From IMG/VR virus record IMGVR_UViG_3300023296_001674: a DNA stretch of 25,260 bases; one strand, written 5' to 3'. Positions within the stretch are counted from its first letter, which is position 1. Every line of letters starts with the position of its first letter. The translations under genes and the position numbers were made by a program. The notes under the pieces were generated by a model that was not told where the DNA came from, did not search any database, and was given only the letters and a program-made list of their open reading frames with translations. This stretch comes from a virus. Shown piece by piece: positions 8,363-15,778 of this stretch.

Positions 8363-8991
8363 ATAACTTTATATTTTTTGTCCCATTCATTTATTCGATG
8401 GTATAAATCATATAATGATAAACTTGAATGACGATTTTTAGATGAATTTTCTGGCTGTGGCATTATCTTGCAGTTCGCTGGATGTGATATATGATTTGGG
8501 TCTATTTTGTTTACAAATCCATCATGTACACTATACATGTGATCTCTTGTTAATCCGTTTTTATTTTTGGTACTATGATACATGCCCTGTTGATGTATCA
8601 TTATAAAATCAAATTCTTCTGGAAATGTTTGAAATGAAAATATAAATTTACATTGTTCTTTATATTTTATCTTCTCAATCATGTATTCTTGTGGTGTCAC
8701 CCTCATGGCATTTGTGCAAGTAACTGCACAACTTCTTCCGCAATAATATTCACGAGTTCCGGTTATAGGGCTAAATTTATTATTACATGTTGGATTTTTA
8801 CACTCGATTAGTCGTTTTTGATATTTTGTTAAATTTTTTACCGATATTTCTTTTTTGGTGAATATGCAACTACATGTAATATGTGATATTTTACCGTTGC
8901 TTTTGCCATGCATACGTGAATGACCATTCAATGCCATTAAGGATTTAAATTGATTATCGCATATATTACATGTATAAATATCTTTAGACAT
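8344..8991 (-). CDS. HNH-family homing endonuclease paralog (216 aa from the MSKDIYTCNIC start)
   Basis: The ORF track extends further, but GGAGG SD precedes the ATG at 8991; same conserved C-terminal core. Confidence 0.7.
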   Translation of the reverse strand: MSKDIYTCNICDNQFKSLMALNGHSRMHGKSNGKISHITCSCIFTKKEISVKNLTKYQKRLIECKNPTCNNKFSPITGTREYYCGRSCAVTCTNAMRVTPQEYMIEKIKYKEQCKFIFSFQTFPEEFDFIMIHQQGMYHSTKNKNGLTRDHMYSVHDGFVNKIDPNHISHPANCKIMPQPENSSKNRHSSLSLYDLYHRINEWDKKYKVIGSRSG

Positions 8992-9080
8992 TATCAACCT
9001 CCATTGGTTGTTATAGTTTAGAAGATATGGGGAATTCCAGTTCTCTATATCTTCGTTAGTATTTATCAATAACATATTAT

Positions 9081-9166
9081 TCGGATATAGGAGAATTGGT
9101 AGACCCAGAAGATTGTTAATCTTCCGCAGCAATGCATTCCAGGTTCGAGTCCTGGTATCCGAGCCA
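9081..9166 (+). tRNA. type-II-like tRNA (86 nt, Leu-like D-arm GAATTGGTAGA, variable-arm hairpin) whose anticodon loop reads GUU
   Basis: Acceptor tcggata/tatccga perfect, anticodon stem gaaga/tcttc, loop ttgttaa, T-arm ccaggTTCGAGTcctgg. Confidence 0.65.
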
Positions 9167-9167
9167 A

Positions 9168-9240
9168 TAACACCGTAGCGTAGAAAATAGTTACTTCGTT
9201 TCACTCACGACTGGAATGGGTTCGATTCCCATGCCCTGCG
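9168..9240 (+). tRNA. tRNA-like gene with D, anticodon and T arms but no matching 5' acceptor strand; no CCA
   Basis: T-arm atgggTTCGATTcccat; its 3' strand gccctgc pairs only with the downstream fragment at 9244. Confidence 0.35.
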
Positions 9241-9243
9241 TAA

Positions 9244-9272
9244 GCAGGGTTTAGTGTAATGGTAGCACAGTA
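9244..9272 (+). pseudogene. tRNA 5' fragment (acceptor gcagggt plus D-arm), complementary to the 3' end of the upstream tRNA-like gene
   Basis: gcagggt TT AGTG TAATGGTA GCAC, then no anticodon or T arm. Confidence 0.35.
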
Positions 9273-9353
9273 TATCTCTATTTTCGTTTTTTACTCGGTG
9301 TTGTTATTAATAAATAGAATTATACAAATTATTAGATTGGAGTTGTTATTTAA

Positions 9354-9677
9354 ATGAGTGACGAACGACGAAATAGTTCCAGATTTTCGACTGGGCGTGT
9401 ATCATATTTACGATTGAACGATTATTATTTTCCATTGGTTGATATTAGTGATGATGGATTTTTTGCGGAATGCAGTGATGGTTCATTGAGTATTGGCGAT
9501 GTTGTTGATATTGAAATACATATCAGTGATCGACATGGAATAGCTACATTTAACACTGAAACAGAGATACTGCGTGTTGGCGGTAGATTTATTGCAGGAA
9601 AATGGGATTTAGAATTAAACAGGGCTACGGATTGCGTTAAAACTTATTTTGACAATAGGCACGCACAAGTAGCATAA
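9354..9677 (+). CDS. hypothetical protein (107 aa)
   Basis: SD ggag upstream of ATG. Confidence 0.55.
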   Translation: MSDERRNSSRFSTGRVSYLRLNDYYFPLVDISDDGFFAECSDGSLSIGDVVDIEIHISDRHGIATFNTETEILRVGGRFIAGKWDLELNRATDCVKTYFDNRHAQVA

Positions 9678-9684
9678 TACAAAT

Positions 9685-9759
<75 letters not shown>

Positions 9760-9849
9760 TATCGATGCGTAGTGTTAAGTTACTTCGATTTTTTTTAAAT
9801 AAAAAACCCAAAAACTCTTAATATGTCTTTTTCACGATGTTGATTTCAT

Positions 9850-9923
9850 AGGGGTATCGTATAGTGGTAATACGGTGGATTCCAAACTCACAGACCGGGG
9901 TTCGATCCCTCGTTCCCCTGCCA
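9850..9923 (+). tRNA. tRNA-Trp, anticodon CCA
   Basis: D-stem gtat/atac, loop ttccaaa, T-arm cggggTTCGATCcctcg. Confidence 0.75.
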
Positions 9924-9939
9924 ATTTAACGAGAATAAC

Positions 9940-11166
9940 ATGCATTTTATAATAAGTATCGATAGTGTATCAACGGATAGTCGGCATTATGACTGTGCCA
10001 AAAGTGATGAAAACTGTTGGCTTGATATATACGATGGCAATATCTATAACGATACTATATTAACCAATGCATTTTCATATAAAAACAAAACGATAAAACT
10101 TGATAAAGGTTGGCATACATTAGACCGCGACAAAGATGTTGTATGGTTTAAGGGTTATTCAACAGAAGCAAGATTGATTGATAGGGTTGAAGCCCGTAAT
10201 TATTCATCAATGGATGGAAATTATTGTTTTATTGTGTTTGATAAAACGACAGAATGTATTAACATATATCATGATACCAATCGTGGATTTGGTATATATT
10301 ATACAGATTCTATTATAACCAATTTATATACAATCAAAACATGCGTTAAGTTTGACGGGTGTATCATGGTAGATCACAATGACGAAATAATTGTTTCATC
10401 GTTACAGACAACGTTCACATTGCCTGATATAATTAAAGACAAATCTATTGACGATATGGCTGCTATTATAGCGCCTATGATGATTAAGAAAATCGAAGGA
10501 TTTATGAAATATAATAATGTGGTTGATTTAGAAATACAAGCAACTGGCGGTTTAGATACATTAACGGTGCGTGCATTATTAGATATCTGCGCGATTGATT
10601 ATAAATTGATTGATATAAAACCATTTAAAGATGGATGCAACTGGACTAATGATACAAATTCAATGATGGATATATTATCAAAATATCATTGGGGATTTCA
10701 GCAATGCAATTATTATGATGATATTACATATGTTGCCACTGGTTTTTGGGGCGATGAGTTATTGATGCGCAATCCGCTTCAAGTTCATTGGATATTGAAT
10801 CATTATGATATTGATTTATCGAATGAATATACAAAGCACCCTGATTCATATATGCTAGGATATTTTCAACAAGCGTATAAAGAGAAACTTATAGAACGCG
10901 ATAAAATATTTTCCAATGAAAATGAATTATATCAATATTCATTAGATTATGCACTTGATGAACCACAGATAACGCATGTTGATAATGTTATAATGTTTTC
11001 ACCATTTAAGGGTATTGACATATATATGAAAACACTCAATATGACGAATGAGGCAATATTAGAACAGGTTATAAATGGTGCACTGCAAAAGAAAATTATA
11101 TACGATATTAATCCTAAGTTATTGGATTGCTTAGAAAAATATAAAAATAGAAGAATACCAGTGTAA
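9940..11166 (+). CDS. asparagine-synthetase-like protein (408 aa): AsnB-type block GNYCFIVFD...IYHDTNRGFGIYY and PP-loop-like TGGLDT, but no N-terminal catalytic Cys
   Basis: Motif recall of AsnB (MFAFALYD...GRDHLGIIPLYMGY; SGGLDS). Confidence 0.5.
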   Translation: MHFIISIDSVSTDSRHYDCAKSDENCWLDIYDGNIYNDTILTNAFSYKNKTIKLDKGWHTLDRDKDVVWFKGYSTEARLIDRVEARNYSSMDGNYCFIVFDKTTECINIYHDTNRGFGIYYTDSIITNLYTIKTCVKFDGCIMVDHNDEIIVSSLQTTFTLPDIIKDKSIDDMAAIIAPMMIKKIEGFMKYNNVVDLEIQATGGLDTLTVRALLDICAIDYKLIDIKPFKDGCNWTNDTNSMMDILSKYHWGFQQCNYYDDITYVATGFWGDELLMRNPLQVHWILNHYDIDLSNEYTKHPDSYMLGYFQQAYKEKLIERDKIFSNENELYQYSLDYALDEPQITHVDNVIMFSPFKGIDIYMKTLNMTNEAILEQVINGALQKKIIYDINPKLLDCLEKYKNRRIPV

Positions 11167-11228
11167 TATACCCCGCCCGAAAAGTAAAAATAGCTGTTAA
11201 GTATTTCATAAATAAGCATAAATACTAT

Positions 11229-11498
11229 ATGGATAATAGTACATTAATAGCGTTAGGAAGTTTGTTGTTTGCCATGATTGGTGGATTTTGGGGTGTCATA
11301 ACATACATCCTTGGAATCATCAAGGTGGAAAACGTTGAACGTCGTGGTGTCCAAGAAAAATTATATATGCGCGATGATGTAGCCAAAGATGTAATGAACG
11401 AAAGTTTAACAGAAGTAAAAAGTACCATCCGTGATACGAATGATAGACTCATACGTGTAGAAACAATATTATATGAAAGAACTGATAGAACAAAATAA
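11229..11498 (+). CDS. small membrane protein (89 aa), one N-terminal TM helix
   Basis: Hydrophobic segment LIALGSLLFAMIGGFWGVITYILGII. Confidence 0.45.
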   Translation: MDNSTLIALGSLLFAMIGGFWGVITYILGIIKVENVERRGVQEKLYMRDDVAKDVMNESLTEVKSTIRDTNDRLIRVETILYERTDRTK

Positions 11499-12108
11499 AA
11501 TATGGTTTTTAAGCAAAACGGTAATACGTTGTATAAATAGTTATATGGTTGATTTAAGAAAGAGTTTGCAAACACCAAAAGTTTGCTGTATTGAATGTAA
11601 AACAATATTTAGAACTAATCATTTTGTTAGACACTCGAAGAAGCGATGTATTGAGTGGAAAAAGAAAAACGGCATGATCCCAAAAGGGAAGCGTGGCGGT
11701 TGGAATAAAGGATTAACGAAAATGACTAGTTCGTTGGTCAAAAAAGGAACCGATACTTATCGTCGCCGTTATGAAAATGGTGAATATACACGACGCACAC
11801 AAACCGATGATATAAAGAAACAATATTGGCAAGATTGTAAATTTAAATTCAATGTTTATAATTATCCTGAAATATTTGACTTAAATTTACTCGATAAATT
11901 TGGGTGGTATCATCCTGTAGAAAATCCAAGTGGCGTAAGTAGAGATCATATTATTTCTGTATCATATGGATGGAAAAATGGTATAGATTCGAATATTATT
12001 AATCATATAGCCAATTGTAAATTGATGATTCATTTAGAAAATAACAAAAAAAATAATCGATCTGATTTATTATTAGAAGAATTATTACAAAAAATACACT
12101 CTATGTAG
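11473..12108 (+). CDS. HNH-family homing endonuclease paralog (211 aa)
   Basis: SGVSRDHIISVSYGWKNGIDSNIINHIANCKLM core; N-terminal CxxC pairs. Confidence 0.7.
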   Translation: MKELIEQNKIWFLSKTVIRCINSYMVDLRKSLQTPKVCCIECKTIFRTNHFVRHSKKRCIEWKKKNGMIPKGKRGGWNKGLTKMTSSLVKKGTDTYRRRYENGEYTRRTQTDDIKKQYWQDCKFKFNVYNYPEIFDLNLLDKFGWYHPVENPSGVSRDHIISVSYGWKNGIDSNIINHIANCKLMIHLENNKKNNRSDLLLEELLQKIHSM

Positions 12109-12139
12109 GGGTGGTGTGAATCTGAACCCTTACTCCAAT

Positions 12140-12213
12140 GTTCCGTTGACAGAATGGTTATGTGCGTGGCTGCAACCCGCGTTATCCCGGTTCGATTCCG
12201 GGACGGAACTCCA
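12140..12213 (+). tRNA. tRNA-Cys, anticodon GCA
   Basis: Acceptor gttccgt/acggaac perfect, anticodon stem cgtgg/ccgcg, loop ctgcaac, T-arm cccggTTCGATTccggg. Confidence 0.75.
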
Positions 12214-12221
12214 ATACATAT

Positions 12222-12296
12222 GCCCGGTTCGTCCAACGGTTAGGACACTCTCCCGATAAGAGAGGAATAGTGGTTCGATTCCACTACTGGGTACCA
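12222..12296 (+). tRNA. tRNA-Ile, anticodon GAU
   Basis: D-stem gtcc/ggac, anticodon stem ctctc/gagag, loop ccgataa, T-arm agtggTTCGATTccact. Confidence 0.8.
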
Positions 12297-12317
12297 ATCA
12301 AACAATTTGACCTTAAT

Positions 12318-12391
12318 GGTCCGTTAGCTTAATAGAAAAGCACATGGCTGATAACCGTGCGACGGTGGAGCGTAACCATCACGGACTACCA
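12318..12391 (+). tRNA. tRNA, anticodon GAU (second Ile-like copy), non-canonical T-loop agcgtaa
   Basis: Acceptor ggtccgt/acggact, D-stem gctt/aagc, loop ctgataa. Confidence 0.65.
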
Positions 12392-12507
12392 ATTATGACA
12401 TGATAGTTTAAACAGCTTATTAAATCCATGGATTGTGAGCAAAAGTAGAACATGCCCGTATTCGGGGCAAGATGAGGTGAAATGCCTTGAATGTCGCCAA
12501 GTTTAAT

Positions 12508-12581
12508 GCGGGTATCGTATAATGGAATTACTACACATTGCCTATGTGTAGACGGGGGTTCGATTCCCCCTACCCGCTCCA
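12508..12581 (+). tRNA. tRNA, anticodon GCC (second Gly copy)
   Basis: Acceptor gcgggta/tacccgc perfect, anticodon stem acaca/tgtgt, loop ttgccta, T-arm gggggTTCGATTccccc. Confidence 0.75.
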
Positions 12582-12593
12582 ATAAATAGAAAT

Positions 12594-12848
12594 ATGAACA
12601 GAGAAACATTTGCCAATGCGTTAGAATACTATAGAAATATCAATATCCCACATGGATTTGATACGTGGGCTTATTTTGATGATATGCCGCCTGTTTTAAA
12701 GGAACGTGTTCGTGAATCGATGTCAAATAGAAATAGTGTAGCCATACATCAGATATTCAATGACGATGGCATGGAAGTGGCTATTGCAGTTCTAAATTTT
12801 TTAGACGAAACTGAAAAAGCGCAATATTATAAAACATACGACGATTAA
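12594..12848 (+). CDS. hypothetical protein (84 aa)
   Basis: ORF directly after the tRNA, AT-rich leader. Confidence 0.5.
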   Translation: MNRETFANALEYYRNINIPHGFDTWAYFDDMPPVLKERVRESMSNRNSVAIHQIFNDDGMEVAIAVLNFLDETEKAQYYKTYDD

Positions 12849-12851
12849 TAT

Positions 12852-12938
12852 AGAAGTACTTTGTATTGGTGAACTCAGCAGTCTCCAAAACTGTGTCGCA
12901 TTTGTGACTGGTAGGTTCGAATCCTACTACTTCTGCCA
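12852..12938 (+). tRNA. type-II-like tRNA (87 nt, variable-arm hairpin) whose anticodon loop reads CCA (Trp-like)
   Basis: Acceptor agaagta/tacttct perfect, anticodon stem gcagt/actgt, loop ctccaaa, T-arm gtaggTTCGAATcctac. Confidence 0.65.
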
Positions 12939-12993
12939 ATTTAACTCCCCATGATAAATATCATTTGTGACATAACGCGAATGGGGTAATATC

Positions 12994-13326
12994 ATGATGG
13001 ACGATGATACAAAAAACAGGTTCATAAAAACATTCAGTGATTATATCACAATGATTAAAGGCAAGCATGAATGTGCAAGACTTGTTGATATTAAAATGAT
13101 GGATTTATATACAATTGCGCCACATATATGCATTGTAGATATAGAACATCCATCGTTACGAAAGAAAATTATATTTTTTGGAACACAATTGGTATTAAAC
13201 GCTAATGCTGATTTAACTGGAACATACCTCGACTATGATGAATTAAACATTGATGATATATCCTTTCCATTATATGGTGATGGTGATATTATTGATCACA
13301 TTATAAGTGTTTCATTCAAAAATTAA
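12994..13326 (+). CDS. hypothetical protein (110 aa)
   Basis: ORF with weak SD. Confidence 0.5.
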   Translation: MMDDDTKNRFIKTFSDYITMIKGKHECARLVDIKMMDLYTIAPHICIVDIEHPSLRKKIIFFGTQLVLNANADLTGTYLDYDELNIDDISFPLYGDGDIIDHIISVSFKN

Positions 13327-13329
13327 TAT

Positions 13330-13400
13330 ACCTCCGCTGATGGTTCAGACATAAGCTTGCGAAGCTTGTTGGGAAAGTTCGATTCTTTTCGGGGGTTCCA
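13330..13400 (+). tRNA. compact tRNA (71 nt), anticodon loop ttgcgaa (GCG, Arg-like)
   Basis: Acceptor acctccg/cgggggt, T-arm gaaagTTCGATTctttt. Confidence 0.5.
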
Positions 13401-13441
13401 ATATTGTTATAGCTATGGAAATTAGTTCCTTCTTATCCCAA

Positions 13442-13509
13442 CCTGTAGGTCGTAGGTTCGAATCCTGCTCCTCGCGCCAATTATGCGGGGATAGCTCAGT
13501 GGTAGAGCA
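13442..13509 (+). tRNA. split/permuted-looking tRNA locus: 3' portion (13442-13479, anticodon 3' stem through encoded CCA), then attat, then 5' portion (13485-13509, acceptor plus D-arm GCGGGGATAGCTCAGTGGTAGAGCA)
   Basis: The 3' acceptor tcctcgc pairs 7/7 with the downstream gcgggga; anticodon 3' stem cctgt pairs with the downstream actgg. Confidence 0.4.
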
Positions 13510-13562
13510 ACTGGCAATTTTACTGGTTCCAATTATTATAGCAATATTTTATTAAATAGGTC

Positions 13563-13757
13563 ATGAACAAGTATGACACGGCGTATAGAAATCGCATTGC
13601 TGCCCAACGCAAACAGTGGGCAAACAATACGAAACAGCGTTTGTGGAATAAACGAATAAAGATATTGTATATTGCATGTGTATGTATTATAATCTCTTTA
13701 TCGGTTGCGGCAGAAGTATTTGGATATTTAAATATAATATTTGGTTTTTTGTTGTAA
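13563..13757 (+). CDS. small membrane protein (64 aa)
   Basis: C-terminal hydrophobic segment; weak SD. Confidence 0.35.
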   Translation: MNKYDTAYRNRIAAQRKQWANNTKQRLWNKRIKILYIACVCIIISLSVAAEVFGYLNIIFGFLL

Positions 13758-13765
13758 CATGATAT

Positions 13766-13843
13766 TGACTAGTAGCTCAGTGGTTTAGAGCGGGGAGTTC
13801 TAAACTCTCGACAGCGTTGGTTCAAATCCAACCTGGTCAACCA
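13766..13843 (+). tRNA. tRNA with anticodon CUA (amber-suppressor-like); U1-A72 acceptor
   Basis: D-arm GCTCAGTGGTTTAGAGC, anticodon stem gggag/ctctc, loop ttctaaa, T-arm gttggTTCAAATccaac, CCA encoded. Confidence 0.6.
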
Positions 13844-13850
13844 ATACTAA

Positions 13851-14022
13851 GCGGGTATCGTATAATGGTATTATCGCAGCCTTCCATGTGATATGTTTAA
13901 CATATCTCAGGTTGAGCCATTTATTGGCTCCTTGAAGGTCGAGGGTTCAGACCCCATCCGGTTTAAGCCCGGTAGACCAACTTAAGCTGATGACGGGAGT
14001 TCGATTCTCCCTACCCGCTCCA
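13851..14022 (+). tRNA. tRNA-Gly(UCC)-like gene interrupted by a structured insertion of about 98 nt in the anticodon loop (about 13887-13984)
   Basis: 5' part gcgggta TC GTATAATGGTATTAT... and 3' part ...GACGGGAGTTCGATTCTCCCTACCCGCTCCA match the Gly tRNAs at 9685 and 12508; the 7/7 acceptor pairing exists only across the insertion. Confidence 0.5.
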
Positions 14023-14041
14023 ATATTTGATAAATAGTTAT

Positions 14042-14818
14042 ATGAAATGTAAACAATGTAAAATATCATTTACCCCTATCCCACAAGCAAAAAAAGGTAT
14101 ATTTTGTTCGCACGATTGTCATAATGTATACCAGCGCGTAAATACTCGTGAGCAATACTTAAAAAATCCCAAACGGTGTATTTTTTGTGATGATATAATA
14201 TCATATAGAGAAAATATAAAAGTGGCGAAGTTTTGCAATAGGTCTTGCGGGGCAAAATATAATAATAAAAGACGTACAGAATGCGGATACACCCCAAGTC
14301 ATAAAAAATGGTCTAGTGGTAAAATATCTGCTAAAATGTCATCAAAAATGCGCCGTGCGGATATCAAATCAAGTGTCGTGTTTGGTGATTTTACTATAAT
14401 AACATTTGCTATATGCAATATTACGAATAAACCATATGTTCTACAAACACCGCATGGTGGTATAAAGCAAATATCACCATATATTAAATCATCTAAACAG
14501 ATATATTATGAGCAAGCCAAATTTCGATTTAATGTATATGACTATCCAGATATATTTGATATAACACTTTTAGAAAAATATGGATGGTATACATGTCCCG
14601 GCAAGAAACGAAAAAATCAAAAAAAGAATATAAATGGTGTAAGTAGAGATCATATAATATCTATCAATGATGGATTTAAGAATGGGTATGATCCATATAT
14701 TTTAGCACATCCTGCTAATTGTCGATTGATTAAACAAGTGGATAATGTTAAAAAATTAGATAAATCTAATATGTCATATGACGAGTTATTGATTAACATA
14801 AAACAATGGAATGGATAG
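14042..14818 (+). CDS. HNH-family homing endonuclease paralog (MKCKQCK start; the ORF track's TTG at 14027 overlaps the tRNA), TAG stop
   Basis: CNRSCGAKYNNKRR motif and NGVSRDHIISINDGFKNGYDPYILAHPANCRL core. Confidence 0.7.
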   Translation: MKCKQCKISFTPIPQAKKGIFCSHDCHNVYQRVNTREQYLKNPKRCIFCDDIISYRENIKVAKFCNRSCGAKYNNKRRTECGYTPSHKKWSSGKISAKMSSKMRRADIKSSVVFGDFTIITFAICNITNKPYVLQTPHGGIKQISPYIKSSKQIYYEQAKFRFNVYDYPDIFDITLLEKYGWYTCPGKKRKNQKKNINGVSRDHIISINDGFKNGYDPYILAHPANCRLIKQVDNVKKLDKSNMSYDELLINIKQWNG

Positions 14819-14825
14819 ACTATTC

Positions 14826-14900
14826 GCCCCTATAGTACAATGGTTAATATGATCGCCCGGTAAGCGATAGATGAAAGTTCGATTCTTTCTAGAGGCACCA
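14826..14900 (+). tRNA. tRNA-Thr, anticodon GGU
   Basis: Anticodon stem atcgc/gcgat perfect, loop ccggtaa, T-arm gaaagTTCGATTctttc. Confidence 0.8.
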
Positions 14901-14912
14901 ATAAATAACAAT

Positions 14913-15728
14913 ATGACAATGACACCACCAAATATTATAATTTATAGTAATCCACGTTCAGGAACCACATTGCTTCATCATACATTATTATTATTTTTTC
15001 AAGAATATTATGGTGATTATTATTGTGATTTACATGAATTCTTTACAACATCGCATATGACAACGAGACATCGTAATAATATAGATGAAATAAATTCCAT
15101 TACGTATGAACAGAATAACAATATATTAATAAAGACATACAAGCCAGCAGATACCGAAAGCAATGACTTCGAAGAAGAATTGCAACAACGAATTTCACAA
15201 TGGAACAATTGTGTAATAGCTGATAACAATCAGCCGTTTATAACAAAAATATTTCACAAAAATTTGATTGATCACAATTTTTCAAATACAATATTTGATC
15301 ATTCATTAAATTTGGTTCTTGTAAGAAAAAACGTACAAGATATGATATTGAGTTTTATAATATCAAATAGCAACAATAACTGGTTTTATTATGAAAATGA
15401 AAATATAGAAACATTGCGCGGAAGTTTGATTGGTGATATAGATATAATACGCATTCATTTGGAACGCAATAAATTATTTCTTGAAAATATACCCAATATA
15501 CCCAATGCATTAATCATTGATTATGATGAACTTAATGACTATGAATATTTTTATCAAGTTATTATAGATATGGGCATTGTTGATATTCGTGAATTGCATG
15601 CCATGGAAATATTTGATAACATACAGCTAAAACGTAAAATTATTCCAACACCATATACAATGGATCGTATAGATTATTTTAAGAATGCCAATGAAATAAA
15701 AACACTCATGGATGAATATTGTTCTTGA
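14913..15728 (+). CDS. sulfotransferase-like protein (PRSGTT PAPS-binding-like motif near the N-terminus), 272 aa from the ATG at 14913
   Basis: NPRSGTTLLH resembles the sulfotransferase 5'-PSB loop; the ORF track start at 14871 overlaps a tRNA. Confidence 0.45.
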   Translation: MTMTPPNIIIYSNPRSGTTLLHHTLLLFFQEYYGDYYCDLHEFFTTSHMTTRHRNNIDEINSITYEQNNNILIKTYKPADTESNDFEEELQQRISQWNNCVIADNNQPFITKIFHKNLIDHNFSNTIFDHSLNLVLVRKNVQDMILSFIISNSNNNWFYYENENIETLRGSLIGDIDIIRIHLERNKLFLENIPNIPNALIIDYDELNDYEYFYQVIIDMGIVDIRELHAMEIFDNIQLKRKIIPTPYTMDRIDYFKNANEIKTLMDEYCS

Positions 15729-15752
15729 CAATTTGTATCATTATGTTATTAT
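15725..15752 (+). promoter_or_regulatory. sigma70-like promoter TTGACA-N16-TATTAT
   Basis: TTGACA 15725-15730, TATTAT 15747-15752. Confidence 0.5.
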
Positions 15753-15778
15753 AAACTCTTGAAATATGGAGAATTCCA

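Noticed and set aside
13887-13984. Group I intron as the explanation for the insertion in tRNA-Gly
   Set aside because: The insert is only about 98 nt, well below the minimum group I core, and has no ORF; I kept it as an unexplained structured insertion instead.
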